Source: an uncultured Candidatus Saccharibacteria bacterium (lineage in GTDB: Bacteria; Patescibacteriota; Minisyncoccia; Phycocordibacterales; UBA12088). Taken from it: 64,000 bases of DNA. Positions within the stretch are counted from its first letter, which is position 1. Every line of letters starts with the position of its first letter. Positions 9,669 to 19,163 of this stretch are shown here, piece by piece. The stretch spans positions 7,237 through 71,236 of the forward strand of contig CAYPKR010000003.1 in the NCBI GenBank assembly GCA_964411375.1, given 5' to 3'. Position numbers and translations under genes: made by a program. Under the pieces are notes generated by a model, which saw only the letters and a list, made by a program, of their open reading frames with translations, ran no database searches and was not told where the DNA came from.

Positions 9669-11159
9669 ATGCACAGTGGTAAAATCCATCACATATATTT
9701 GAGCGCGGCGCGGTGTTCGGCATTTGCCTTACTCCTTCTGCCGATTCATGCATCTGCCTCAGTTCTCATCAACGAAGTTGCGTGGATGGGAAGTCTAGTG
9801 TCCGCAAATGACGAATGGATCGAACTTCGAAATGTTGGAAGTAGCGCAGTCGATCTTTCTGGATATACGCTGACTTCTGGAAATGGATCGCTTCATGTAC
9901 CGATCTCGGGTTCAATCGCAGGAAGCGGATATTTTCTTTTGGAGCGAACTGACGATTCGACGGTACCAAATGTAGTTGCCGATCAAATTTATTCTGGCTC
10001 GCTCACGAATGTGGGCGATTCGCTGACACTTAAAAATGCATCGGGTTCAGTTGTTGATACTGTTTCTGGCGGAGAAAATTGGGGAAATATCGGCGGAGAC
10101 AATACTACCAAAGATACCGCGCAAAGAACCGAAAGTGGTTGGATTACTGCCGCAGGAACTCCGCGCCGAGATAACGCAACTAGTGGAGCCACACCAACTC
10201 CAGCACCTTCAAATTCAAGTGGGACGGCAACTGCATCTAAATCATCGGCAACTTCTCTAAAACAAAATGAACCAGAAGATCCCGGCATGACGGTTTCTGC
10301 GGGAGGCGATCGAATGGGACTTATCGGATCGGATATTTCATTTTCAGCGACTGCATACGGTAAAGAAAAGAAGCCGATCCTGAATGCGAATTACGCATGG
10401 ACGTTTGGTGACGGTACATCCAAAGAGGGAACACATGTCGTGCATCAATATTCGATTCCCGGTGATTACGCAGTTATGGTAAATGTCGGCAATATTGATT
10501 CAAAAACAATGGTGACGGATCGGATTATTGTTCATGTGCGTGAAGCATCATTTGTGCTCACGCCGAACAATGACGGTTCTCTCACACTTTCCAACCAAGA
10601 TGCGGATGATATCGACATTGGAGGATTCATACTCACCGGCTCAGGAAAACAATTCACTCTACCACTTCACACCATTATTCTTGGCGAAGGATTTATCAGG
10701 TTTATGCCGAGCATTCTTGGTTTTTCTGGAGATCAATCGAGTATGCTTTTGTATCAAAGTGGAGCAGTTGCAACTCGTGTCGAAGTTTCGGAAACTGCCT
10801 CTGGTAACCAATTGCCCGCAGGAATGGTTAGTGGAAAGATAGCGGATTTGCCAAAAGAGGAAATAATTTCGTCTAAAAAGACATCCGGCGCTAATACCGA
10901 AGGGATTCCTGCTCCTCAAAAAGGCAGTGCAAAAGTGAGTGAGGAAAAAATCCCGCCGCAAGCGGAGCTTGCGGCGGGAGCAGGGAATTCAATTTCCGAT
11001 TCTGGAAAATTCTCGTCATTATTGCTCTGGTTCTTGCTTCTCGTAGCACTTCTTGGTTCGGCGATCGCGGCGGTCATTATCGTTCGAAGACAACCGATCG
11101 AGTCCTTACTCACCGCTGATGCTTTTTCGATCGTCGAAGAAGAGGATCCGCTGGTGTAA
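9669..11159 (+). CDS. surface protein: lamin-tail domain, PKD domain and C-terminal TM
   Basis: Signal peptide, VLINEVAWMG..EWIELRN..VDLSGY (LTD), YAWTFGDG..HQY-x-x-PGDY (PKD), C-terminal hydrophobic helix; start uncertain. Confidence 0.8.
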   Translation: MHSGKIHHIYLSAARCSAFALLLLPIHASASVLINEVAWMGSLVSANDEWIELRNVGSSAVDLSGYTLTSGNGSLHVPISGSIAGSGYFLLERTDDSTVPNVVADQIYSGSLTNVGDSLTLKNASGSVVDTVSGGENWGNIGGDNTTKDTAQRTESGWITAAGTPRRDNATSGATPTPAPSNSSGTATASKSSATSLKQNEPEDPGMTVSAGGDRMGLIGSDISFSATAYGKEKKPILNANYAWTFGDGTSKEGTHVVHQYSIPGDYAVMVNVGNIDSKTMVTDRIIVHVREASFVLTPNNDGSLTLSNQDADDIDIGGFILTGSGKQFTLPLHTIILGEGFIRFMPSILGFSGDQSSMLLYQSGAVATRVEVSETASGNQLPAGMVSGKIADLPKEEIISSKKTSGANTEGIPAPQKGSAKVSEEKIPPQAELAAGAGNSISDSGKFSSLLLWFLLLVALLGSAIAAVIIVRRQPIESLLTADAFSIVEEEDPLV

Positions 11160-11197
11160 TTGACGGCATGCGAGTAATGCGCTTTTCTTAGTCTCTA

Positions 11198-12640
11198 ATG
11201 GATGTTTCGAAACAAAAACTTATTCTCGTAACAGGAGGAGCCGGCTTCATCGGCTCGAATTTGTGTGATCGGTTGGTTATAGGAGGTCACAAAGTTATCT
11301 CACTTGATAACTATTTCGCTGGCTCCAAAGAAAATCATGTCGACGGAGTCGAATATCGTGAAGGACACACCAAAGATATCGAAAAATTAATCCCTGAAAC
11401 GCCAGATATTATTTATCATCTTGGTGAATATTCGAGAGTTGAACAGAGTGTACTTGAGCCGGAAGTTGTTGAAGATTTAAATACTGTCGGCACCACCGCA
11501 GTCATTGAATTTTGGAAGCAGAGAAAATCGAAATTGGTATATGCAGGGTCATCTACGAAATTTGGCGATAACGGCAAGGCACGTGAGGCAACGCCGTATG
11601 CACGAACCAAGGCAGACAATACGGAACGAGTGAAAGCAGTGGGAGAGCGGGAAAAATTACCGTACGCAATTACTTATTTTTACAACGTATACGGTCCCCG
11701 CGAACGCTCCGGCATGTACGGCACCGTTATTGAAATATTCAAACAGATGTATCTCTCCGGTGCGCCACTCACGGTTACGACTCCGGGCACTCAAGAGCGG
11801 AATTTCACTCACGTCGATGATATCGTCGACGGACTCATTGTTGTTGGAGAGAAAGGGGAAGGAGATGAGTTTGGGCTCGGAAACAGTGAACGGTTTACCA
11901 TACTCGAAGTTGCGCATCTTTTTTCCGCTTCGGTCGTGATGCTTCCTCCGCGCGAAGGGAATCGGATGATGAGCGCACTCGATACAACCAAATCATTGTC
12001 CCTTGGATGGCGCGCGAAGAGAACACTTCGAGAATATATTGGCGCGTTTGTATCGGAAAACCACAAAGCAGTCACGCACGACATCCGCATTTTGATATTT
12101 TCAACGACGTTCTATCCAACCATCGGTCCCGCAGAAGAAGCATTGATTACGCTTATGCAAAAAATGCCGCACGTGCAATTTGATGTAATTACTGCTGCAT
12201 TCGATGCTCGGCATTCCGAAACATTGGCACTGCCAATTTCTAATGCAACAGTATATCGGGTGGGATTTGGTAATCGGTTCGATAAATTTTTACTTCCGAT
12301 ACTTGGTGCAAGAAAAGCACGATCGCTTGTCAAGAAACATCGGTACTTATTTGCATGGTCTTTGATGGCAAGCTATGCGACACTTGCTGCGATTTTTTCA
12401 GGGCGCAGAAAAGACTTGCCACTCCTCGTCACGCTCGCCGATCAGCGAATCACCTGGTATACACGCCTCTTTCTCTCGTTTGTACTTACTGGAGCCGATC
12501 AAGTGTATGCAACAATTTCGTCCCACGAAAAATATGTTGCCGGAAAGGCACGTCAGCGTTCTATGGGGCATGGTGACGATTTTGCCAATCAAATCCGCTT
12601 TTCATACCAAAGCATTTTGGCGAAAAATAATACTATATGA
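11198..12640 (+). CDS. NAD-dependent epimerase/dehydratase fused to a GT4 N-terminal half-domain
   Basis: LVTGGAGFIGS, Y-x-x-x-K (YARTK), NVYGP and RNFTHVDD; then RILIFSTTFYP..GPAE without a GT-B C-terminal domain. Confidence 0.8.
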   Translation: MDVSKQKLILVTGGAGFIGSNLCDRLVIGGHKVISLDNYFAGSKENHVDGVEYREGHTKDIEKLIPETPDIIYHLGEYSRVEQSVLEPEVVEDLNTVGTTAVIEFWKQRKSKLVYAGSSTKFGDNGKAREATPYARTKADNTERVKAVGEREKLPYAITYFYNVYGPRERSGMYGTVIEIFKQMYLSGAPLTVTTPGTQERNFTHVDDIVDGLIVVGEKGEGDEFGLGNSERFTILEVAHLFSASVVMLPPREGNRMMSALDTTKSLSLGWRAKRTLREYIGAFVSENHKAVTHDIRILIFSTTFYPTIGPAEEALITLMQKMPHVQFDVITAAFDARHSETLALPISNATVYRVGFGNRFDKFLLPILGARKARSLVKKHRYLFAWSLMASYATLAAIFSGRRKDLPLLVTLADQRITWYTRLFLSFVLTGADQVYATISSHEKYVAGKARQRSMGHGDDFANQIRFSYQSILAKNNTI

Positions 12641-13851
12641 AAAAAATTCTTATTTTTTCCCTCACCTATTACCCAAAATTTGTGGGTGGTGCGGAAGTCG
12701 CTATTAAAGAAATCACGAACCGAATTGACCCTTCTGAAATCGAATTTCATATGGTAACGCTTCGGATGGATTCGACGCTTCCCAGGGAAGAAAAGATCGG
12801 CAATGTCATTGTCCACCGGATCGGATTTTCAAAACCGAATCCGACGATGGCGGATTTGAAGCGGTTTCCACTTCATTTCAATAAATTTCTATTTCAGTTC
12901 ACCGCTTTTTTTGCCGCGGCCTCGCTCCACCGTACATATCATTTCGATGCCGTGTGGGGAATGATGGCGCATTCGACGGGCGTGCCTGCCGGTATCTTCA
13001 AAACTTTTTTCCCCAAGGTTTCGTACATCCTGACTTTGCAGGAGGGGGATCCGATTCCGCATATCGAAAAAACCATGCGTCCTCTCTGGCCCCTCTTCAC
13101 CCGCGGTTTCTCAAAGGCCGATGTCATTCAGCCGATTTCGACATTTCTTGGAAAATGGGCAGAAGCGCGCGGATTCAAAGGTAGACTCGAAATTATTCCG
13201 AATGCAGTTAACATCGCGCATTTTTCAAAAGAATATTCGGACGCTGAACTCAAACTGATCAAAGAAGCACTCGAAAAAAAAGACGGTGATATTTTCCTGA
13301 TCACCACTTCAAGGCTCGTGCACAAAAATGCGGTTGATGATGTGATAAATGCATTGCCATCTTTACCAACCCATGTGCATTTTGCAGTACTCGGGATCGG
13401 TCCTGACGAAGAAATGCTTCGCTCGCTGGCAAAAGAAAAGGGCGTGGAGACCCGCGTGCACTTCTTAGGGCAGATTGGCCACGCCGATCTTCCTAAATAT
13501 TTGAAAGCATCCGACATTTTTATTCGGCCAAGTCGATCGGAAGGAATGGGGAATTCATTCATAGAGGCGATGGCATCGGGAGTGCCGGTTATTGCAACGC
13601 AGGAAGGCGGCATTGCAGATTTTCTGTTTGATCCTGAAAAAAATCCTGAACAAAATGCAACTGGTTTTGCGGTTGCCGCAGATTCTCCTGAAGAAATCGC
13701 AAAAAAAACGCGCTGGATTTTGGAACATCCGATTAAAGTATCGAAAATCGGTGAGACTGCTCGAACCATGGTATTTGAAAAATACGATTGGAATCTAATC
13801 GCAAAAAATATGGAAGAGCGAGTGTTCAAACCGGTGTTGACGAAGAAATAA
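12637..13851 (+). CDS. glycosyltransferase family 4
   Basis: YYPKFVGGAE, SRLVHKNA and PSRSEGMGNSFIEAMASG. Confidence 0.9.
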   Translation: MKKILIFSLTYYPKFVGGAEVAIKEITNRIDPSEIEFHMVTLRMDSTLPREEKIGNVIVHRIGFSKPNPTMADLKRFPLHFNKFLFQFTAFFAAASLHRTYHFDAVWGMMAHSTGVPAGIFKTFFPKVSYILTLQEGDPIPHIEKTMRPLWPLFTRGFSKADVIQPISTFLGKWAEARGFKGRLEIIPNAVNIAHFSKEYSDAELKLIKEALEKKDGDIFLITTSRLVHKNAVDDVINALPSLPTHVHFAVLGIGPDEEMLRSLAKEKGVETRVHFLGQIGHADLPKYLKASDIFIRPSRSEGMGNSFIEAMASGVPVIATQEGGIADFLFDPEKNPEQNATGFAVAADSPEEIAKKTRWILEHPIKVSKIGETARTMVFEKYDWNLIAKNMEERVFKPVLTKK

Positions 13852-13922
13852 AAAGGAATATTGTTTTGACAGCTAGTTTGAACATCGGCAATCCCGTCGA
13901 AAAATCTTCGAGGAATCTAGCA

Positions 13923-14218
13923 ATGCAAGCCATGATGCCGGCCACGGGGCGTTGGTTTTGTGAGGGAGATCCTCTGGTAGAATTTACGCCCCCCAGCCTT
14001 CGGCAAGTCGTACCCTTGTTCTAGCGATGCCGGTGGAGGAAGCCCCAGCTCGGATGCGGCCACTCATTCCGCTCGAGGCATTTCCGCCCGGCGTAAAGCA
14101 GTTGGCGGAGATCGGGATCGCCATGACCAAAATGACGATCACACTCGCCCTCCTTGGCAGCAAGACTCTCGAGATGAATGCCATGTTCTGGCTCACTGGT
14201 AAGGTGGTACCACGTTGA
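13923..14218 (+). CDS. two small ORFs (13923-14024, 33 aa; 14027-14218, 63 aa), possibly one frameshifted gene
   Basis: TTGACA at 13866, GAGGA 8 nt before ATG 13923, hairpin at 14226-14253; no recognisable family. Confidence 0.4.
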
Positions 14219-14225
14219 TCATCGC

Positions 14226-14253
14226 GCGCCCTGTCCCTCTCTGGACGGGGCGC
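14226..14253 (+). terminator. GC-rich hairpin
   Basis: GCGCCCTGTCC-6-GGACGGGGCGC. Confidence 0.5.
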
Positions 14254-14290
14254 TGCATCGTTTTCGGAGAAAGATGAGTATACTAAGAAT

Positions 14291-15403
14291 ATGAAGATTC
14301 TTCTGGCAACCCCCCTGTATCCTCCCGAAATTGGTGGTCCGGCAACGCATGCGGAAATTGTAGTCCGCGAGTTTCCCAAACATGGAATCAAGGTGAGGTT
14401 GCTCCCATTTTCTCGCGTGCGATTTCTTCCTAAAATCATCCGACACTTTGCATATTTTATTCTGTGCGTTTGGCATGCAATTGGCGTGGATATTGTGTAT
14501 GCGCTTGATCCGGTGTCAGTCGGATTTCCTGCGTCTCTTGCCGCAAGACTGCTTCGGAAAAAATTGTATCTTCGTGTTCCCGGCGATTATGCATGGGAGC
14601 AAGGTCAACAGCGATATCGCATTATTTTGCCGCTGGATGAATTTGTAGTTGCAAAAAATTTGCCACAAGGAGTTCAGCGACTTCAAAAAATTCAAACCTC
14701 TGTTGCGACAAAGGCAGATGGTGTCATCGTCCCATCAAAATATTTGGGCGGAATCGTAGAAAAATGGGGAATTAATCCTGCAAAAATTAAAGTAGTGTAT
14801 AGTTCCATTCATTTTCCTGAAGCACTTCCAGACAAAAAAGCAGTGCGCGAGAAACTCGGCATCAATGGCCCATACATTGTAAGTGCTGGCAGACTTGTTC
14901 CGTGGAAAGGATTTTCTGCTTTGATTGAGACGATTTCACAACTCAAGGAATCATTTCCAAATAGTATGCTTGGCATTGCTGGAGATGGGCCCGACGCGAC
15001 AATTTTGCGTCAAGGTGCCCTCGATCGGAACGTACAGGACAATGTCCAATTTCTTGGGCGAGTTCCATCTGCTGAACTTCTCGAACATATTGTCGCCGCT
15101 GATATTTTTATTCTGAATACAAATTATGAAGGATTGTCGCACCAGCTAATCGAAGTAATGCATGCAGGAACACCAATCATCACGACCAATGTTGGTGGGA
15201 ACACCGAGCTTATAGAAAACGGTACCGAGGGAACACTCGTAGCGTATAATGATACAAAGGCATTGCAATCGGTGGTTCAATCCATCCTTGCGGATCCGCG
15301 TACTGCAGAGCAAATGGCGAAAGCTGCAAAAGTACATGCTGCTTCGTTTACTGAAGCAAATATGATCCAAGCACTCGTTCCGTTATTCCAATATTCAAAA
15401 TAA
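14291..15403 (+). CDS. glycosyltransferase family 4
   Basis: YPPEIGGPAT, AGRLVPWKG and YEGLSHQLIEVM. Confidence 0.9.
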   Translation: MKILLATPLYPPEIGGPATHAEIVVREFPKHGIKVRLLPFSRVRFLPKIIRHFAYFILCVWHAIGVDIVYALDPVSVGFPASLAARLLRKKLYLRVPGDYAWEQGQQRYRIILPLDEFVVAKNLPQGVQRLQKIQTSVATKADGVIVPSKYLGGIVEKWGINPAKIKVVYSSIHFPEALPDKKAVREKLGINGPYIVSAGRLVPWKGFSALIETISQLKESFPNSMLGIAGDGPDATILRQGALDRNVQDNVQFLGRVPSAELLEHIVAADIFILNTNYEGLSHQLIEVMHAGTPIITTNVGGNTELIENGTEGTLVAYNDTKALQSVVQSILADPRTAEQMAKAAKVHAASFTEANMIQALVPLFQYSK

Positions 15404-15407
15404 TTCT

Positions 15408-16544
15408 ATGCGCGTTCTCATGATTTCAACTGACCGAGGTATCTTCGATCCGAAGAGTGTCGTCCGCGCGCGAATGATCCAGTACGGGGGCATTGTTGAA
15501 TCGCTGCATATCGTTGTGCTCGCAACAGCAGCGGGACATTTCAAAGATGGGGCGATTGCAGAAAATGTGTTTGTGTATTCGACCAATTCATTCAGTCGAT
15601 ATTTCTATCCGTTTGATGCGATGTGGAAGGCAAAACAACTGCAACTCAAATTTGATATGGTGACTGCCCAAGATCCCTTTGAATGCGGACTCGCTGCGTG
15701 GCGAATTGCAAAGCGAGCGCGCGTACCGTTTGAGCTTCAAGTCCATACTGATTTTGGGAGCAAATATTTTAAACGCGAAAGTGGGCTCAATCGCACTCGC
15801 GTACGAATTGCGAAGATTACGCTTCCGCGCGCAAACGCGGTTCGCGTTGTTTCAGAGCGTGTTGCGGAGGCAGTGCGTCCACTGACGAAAGCATCAGTCA
15901 CGATTCTTCCGATTTTTGTTGATATCAATCAGATAAGTACCACCAATCCATCGTTCTCACTTCGCACCCATTTTCCCGATTTTACATTTATTATTTTGAT
16001 GGCATCAAGATTGGAGCCGGAAAAAAATATTCCGATCGCACTTCGTGCACTCAAAACAGTGATCCAAAAATATCCGAGAACCGGTCTCGTTATTCTCGGC
16101 GAAGGATTTAAAAGAGCGGGACTCGAAGCGGAAGCAAAATCACTCGGAATAGAAGATCATGTGAAATTTCTTGGCTGGCAAAATGATCTGATTTCATATT
16201 ACAAAGGTGCAAGTATGTTTCTTCTGACATCGACATACGAAGGGTACGGTCAGGTATTAGTTGAAGCGGCGGCGGCGAATTGCCCAATTGTTTCAACTGA
16301 TGTTGGAATTGTGGGCAGTATTTTGAAAGACAATGAATCGGTGCTCGTCGTGCCGACCGGGGATGCCGACGCCACCGCCGAGAAAATCGCCGCATTTTTG
16401 ACCAATAACGATCTCCGCCGGAAACTCGCTGTAGGTGCCAGAGACGCTGTTTTTGCCGCAATTCCGGGCAGTTTTGGCGACTCTGTTGCACAAATGAAAT
16501 CCTCATGGGAGCAGATGATTGCGCCCAAAACAGGGACAAAGTAG
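15408..16544 (+). CDS. glycosyltransferase family 4
   Basis: SRLEPEKN and STYEGYGQVLVEAAA. Confidence 0.9.
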   Translation: MRVLMISTDRGIFDPKSVVRARMIQYGGIVESLHIVVLATAAGHFKDGAIAENVFVYSTNSFSRYFYPFDAMWKAKQLQLKFDMVTAQDPFECGLAAWRIAKRARVPFELQVHTDFGSKYFKRESGLNRTRVRIAKITLPRANAVRVVSERVAEAVRPLTKASVTILPIFVDINQISTTNPSFSLRTHFPDFTFIILMASRLEPEKNIPIALRALKTVIQKYPRTGLVILGEGFKRAGLEAEAKSLGIEDHVKFLGWQNDLISYYKGASMFLLTSTYEGYGQVLVEAAAANCPIVSTDVGIVGSILKDNESVLVVPTGDADATAEKIAAFLTNNDLRRKLAVGARDAVFAAIPGSFGDSVAQMKSSWEQMIAPKTGTK

Positions 16545-16664
16545 GTCTTGACACCAAGGTAATTAGCTGGCTTTCTGCTTCAGGGTAGCTTCACGTACAG
16601 TAACTTAGACTGGCGGAGGATCGTTCTGTTCTCTAGGGCTTATGCCAAGAGGGAGTTCTTTGCC

Positions 16665-17666
16665 ATGACGAATGGAATCAATGTCGTGTCAGTCGGAGGA
16701 GGAGGTGCTCATGTCCGCATCGCTCAAGCTGTAAAACTGGTTGGTGAACGATCAGGTTTGCCAATCAACTATGCTGCTGTCGTGGGTTCACTAGATAGTG
16801 GTGGCTCTTCTGGAGAGCGTCGAAAGTACACCGGATGGTGCCTAGGCGATACTCGTCGGGTAGCGTCAGGGCTTATGCCGCCTGGAGTCGCGAAAGAATT
16901 CGAACTCCGTGATTCTGACGGAATAGCCGCTGGACAACTTATCCTTGAGAAATACCTCAAGGGAAGAGATCCTCGAGAAGCAATTCGATTGTTCTGTGAG
17001 GAATATGCGCTTCCAGGTCAGGTTTTCCCCGCAACGTTTACAGACGCGCATGTATTTTTGGAGTGCAACGATCGTACTCGTTTCAACGGTGAAGACGAAA
17101 TTTATAATGCCGATGTCGTCGCTCATGACGGCGTTTGCCGGTTGTGGATTTCTCCCGATACTGTGCCGAATCCTGATGCAGTCGCTGCAATAGGGCAGGC
17201 TGACGTAATCATCATTCCTCCCGGGACACTTCTGTGTTCCCTGAAGCCAACGATTATGACTGTGCGAGACGCGCTTCTTGCAAGCGATGCAACGTTCATC
17301 TGCTTTCCAAATCTATTCAATCGACAGAAGCACATGTTGCATAGCGCAACCGTTGACGATCACCTCGCGCTCATCGAAGAAGATTTGCGTCCAGGGATCA
17401 TTGATCATGTGTGCATTAATACCGCACCGTTTCCGGATGAGATCCTGCGTCTATATGGCGACGAGGCAAAAGCGCCGTCGTATGTGCTGAGCGCTGCCGG
17501 ACGGAATGTCCATGGCGCCGACCTCGTTGACGGGGAAGTAAATGTCTACCAACAAAGTGATGTTATCGCTGGGCTCCGCTCTCCGATGTCGCATCACTTC
17601 CCGTCAGTAGCACAAATACTCGATTCTATCTTCCGGCAAATTCTTACTCCGGGAGTGTACCAATGA
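16665..17666 (+). CDS. YvcK/GlmR-CofD family (UPF0052) protein, divergent
   Basis: VSVGGGG, DSGGSSG, GD-x-RR, GEDEI, AIGQADVIIIPPGTL-x-x-S-x-x-P. Confidence 0.8.
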   Translation: MTNGINVVSVGGGGAHVRIAQAVKLVGERSGLPINYAAVVGSLDSGGSSGERRKYTGWCLGDTRRVASGLMPPGVAKEFELRDSDGIAAGQLILEKYLKGRDPREAIRLFCEEYALPGQVFPATFTDAHVFLECNDRTRFNGEDEIYNADVVAHDGVCRLWISPDTVPNPDAVAAIGQADVIIIPPGTLLCSLKPTIMTVRDALLASDATFICFPNLFNRQKHMLHSATVDDHLALIEEDLRPGIIDHVCINTAPFPDEILRLYGDEAKAPSYVLSAAGRNVHGADLVDGEVNVYQQSDVIAGLRSPMSHHFPSVAQILDSIFRQILTPGVYQ

Positions 17667-18190
17667 ACACCCAATTACTCATCGACTTCGATTGCACTCT
17701 CTTCGACACCGATGCGATGAAAGTCGCACTCGGTGAGGAGCGGATCCGACGTGTTATCGCCGGTCTTGAATTCTTCAGGCGAGATGAACTCTCTAAGTTC
17801 ATCTATTCAGACGCACGCGCATTTTTAGCGAGTGACTCGTCTCGACACACCTTGATTTCGTTGGTCGCACCGACCACTACAATGCCGACCAGCCTTTCGT
17901 TTCAAAGCGCGAAGATTTCGGCATCCGGCATTCTTAGCTATTTCTCACTCCGCATTATTGCGGATGAAGCGTATAAGGGACCGATCGTTTCGCGGCACTG
18001 CGCTTCGCTCGGTATCGACCCCCAGCATGTCGTCGTTATAGACGATAGGCAGGACCAGCTTGATTCAGTGACCGAGCATTGTCCCGATGCGCGAACTGTC
18101 CGAATTGACCGGACTAGATCTTTTGGTAACGAATGCAACGTAATTGCTTCGTTTGCCGACCTTCCGAGATTGCTTCGGAGGATACACTGA
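17663..18190 (+). CDS. HAD-superfamily hydrolase
   Basis: LLIDFDCTLFDT motif I, Lys motif and VIDDR motif IV; the start overlaps the yvcK-like stop. Confidence 0.75.
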   Translation: MNTQLLIDFDCTLFDTDAMKVALGEERIRRVIAGLEFFRRDELSKFIYSDARAFLASDSSRHTLISLVAPTTTMPTSLSFQSAKISASGILSYFSLRIIADEAYKGPIVSRHCASLGIDPQHVVVIDDRQDQLDSVTEHCPDARTVRIDRTRSFGNECNVIASFADLPRLLRRIH

Positions 18191-18209
18191 TGTTCTTTCA
18201 CCTAGCCGT

Positions 18210-18240
18210 GGCCGGCCCGTATACTCGGGCCGGCCTTTTC
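18210..18240 (+). terminator. intrinsic terminator
   Basis: GGCCGGCCCG-TATACT-CGGGCCGGCC-TTTTC. Confidence 0.8.
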
Positions 18241-18324
18241 TCTTTGAAACATCACCATTGTTCTTCGTGTTGTATTAGGTATCGCACGGGGCGCCTTTTT
18301 ATGAGAGTATAACCACAACAAGCC

Positions 18325-19161
18325 ATGAAAATTGGGTTTATCGGGCAGGGATTTGTGGGGAAGAGTTATGCGGATGATTTTGAATCTCGCGGCTTTTCGG
18401 TTGTGCGGTACTCGCTCGAGCCGGCATATTCAATAAACAAAGATGCAATCGCTGATTGCGACATTGTTTCCATTTCGGTACCAACACCAACGACCCCAAA
18501 AGGTCAGGACATTTCAATTCTTGAAGCAGTACTTCCTCTCGTTGGCGTTGGTAAAACTGCGGTCATCCGTTCAACTGTACTTCCTGGGACCACTGAAAAA
18601 CTCCAAGAAAAATTTTCAAAAATTATTGTCCTGCACGCACCAGAATTTTTGCTTGAAGCGGGAGCTGCATACGATGCAGCACGACCGGCGATGAATATCG
18701 TTGGATGTACGCTCAATTCTGCAGTGCATCGAGAAAAAGCAGCAGAAGTGCTATCAATCCTACCAACCGCGCGTTTCTCATTTATGATGACTTCGCGTGA
18801 AGCGGAAATGGCGAAGTATATTCACAATACGCACGGTTACATGCGCATCATTTATACAAATCTAATGTATGAACTCGCTGAAAAACTTGATTGTGATTGG
18901 GGGAAAATCCAATCGATGATGGAAGCCGATCCAATGATGAGCCCATATTACAATAAGCCCGTTCACAAGGGTGGACGAGGAGCCGGTGGCGCATGTTTCA
19001 TAAAAGATTTTGCGGCGTTTCGACAGTTTTATGAATCAAATATTGCTGACCCCGCATACCGTACGATTTTGGATACTCTTGAAAAGAAAAATCTTGAACT
19101 CTTGAAACAGTCGGGAAAGAATCAGGACATCGTGCAGGCCGTGTATGGAAACAATGTGTAG
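18325..19161 (+). CDS. short UDP-glucose/GDP-mannose dehydrogenase family protein
   Basis: GFIGQGFVG, VPTP, IRSTVLPGTT, PEFL, AE-x-x-KY-x-x-N and GAGGACFIKD; no C-terminal domain. Confidence 0.85.
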   Translation: MKIGFIGQGFVGKSYADDFESRGFSVVRYSLEPAYSINKDAIADCDIVSISVPTPTTPKGQDISILEAVLPLVGVGKTAVIRSTVLPGTTEKLQEKFSKIIVLHAPEFLLEAGAAYDAARPAMNIVGCTLNSAVHREKAAEVLSILPTARFSFMMTSREAEMAKYIHNTHGYMRIIYTNLMYELAEKLDCDWGKIQSMMEADPMMSPYYNKPVHKGGRGAGGACFIKDFAAFRQFYESNIADPAYRTILDTLEKKNLELLKQSGKNQDIVQAVYGNNV

Positions 19162-19163
19162 CT

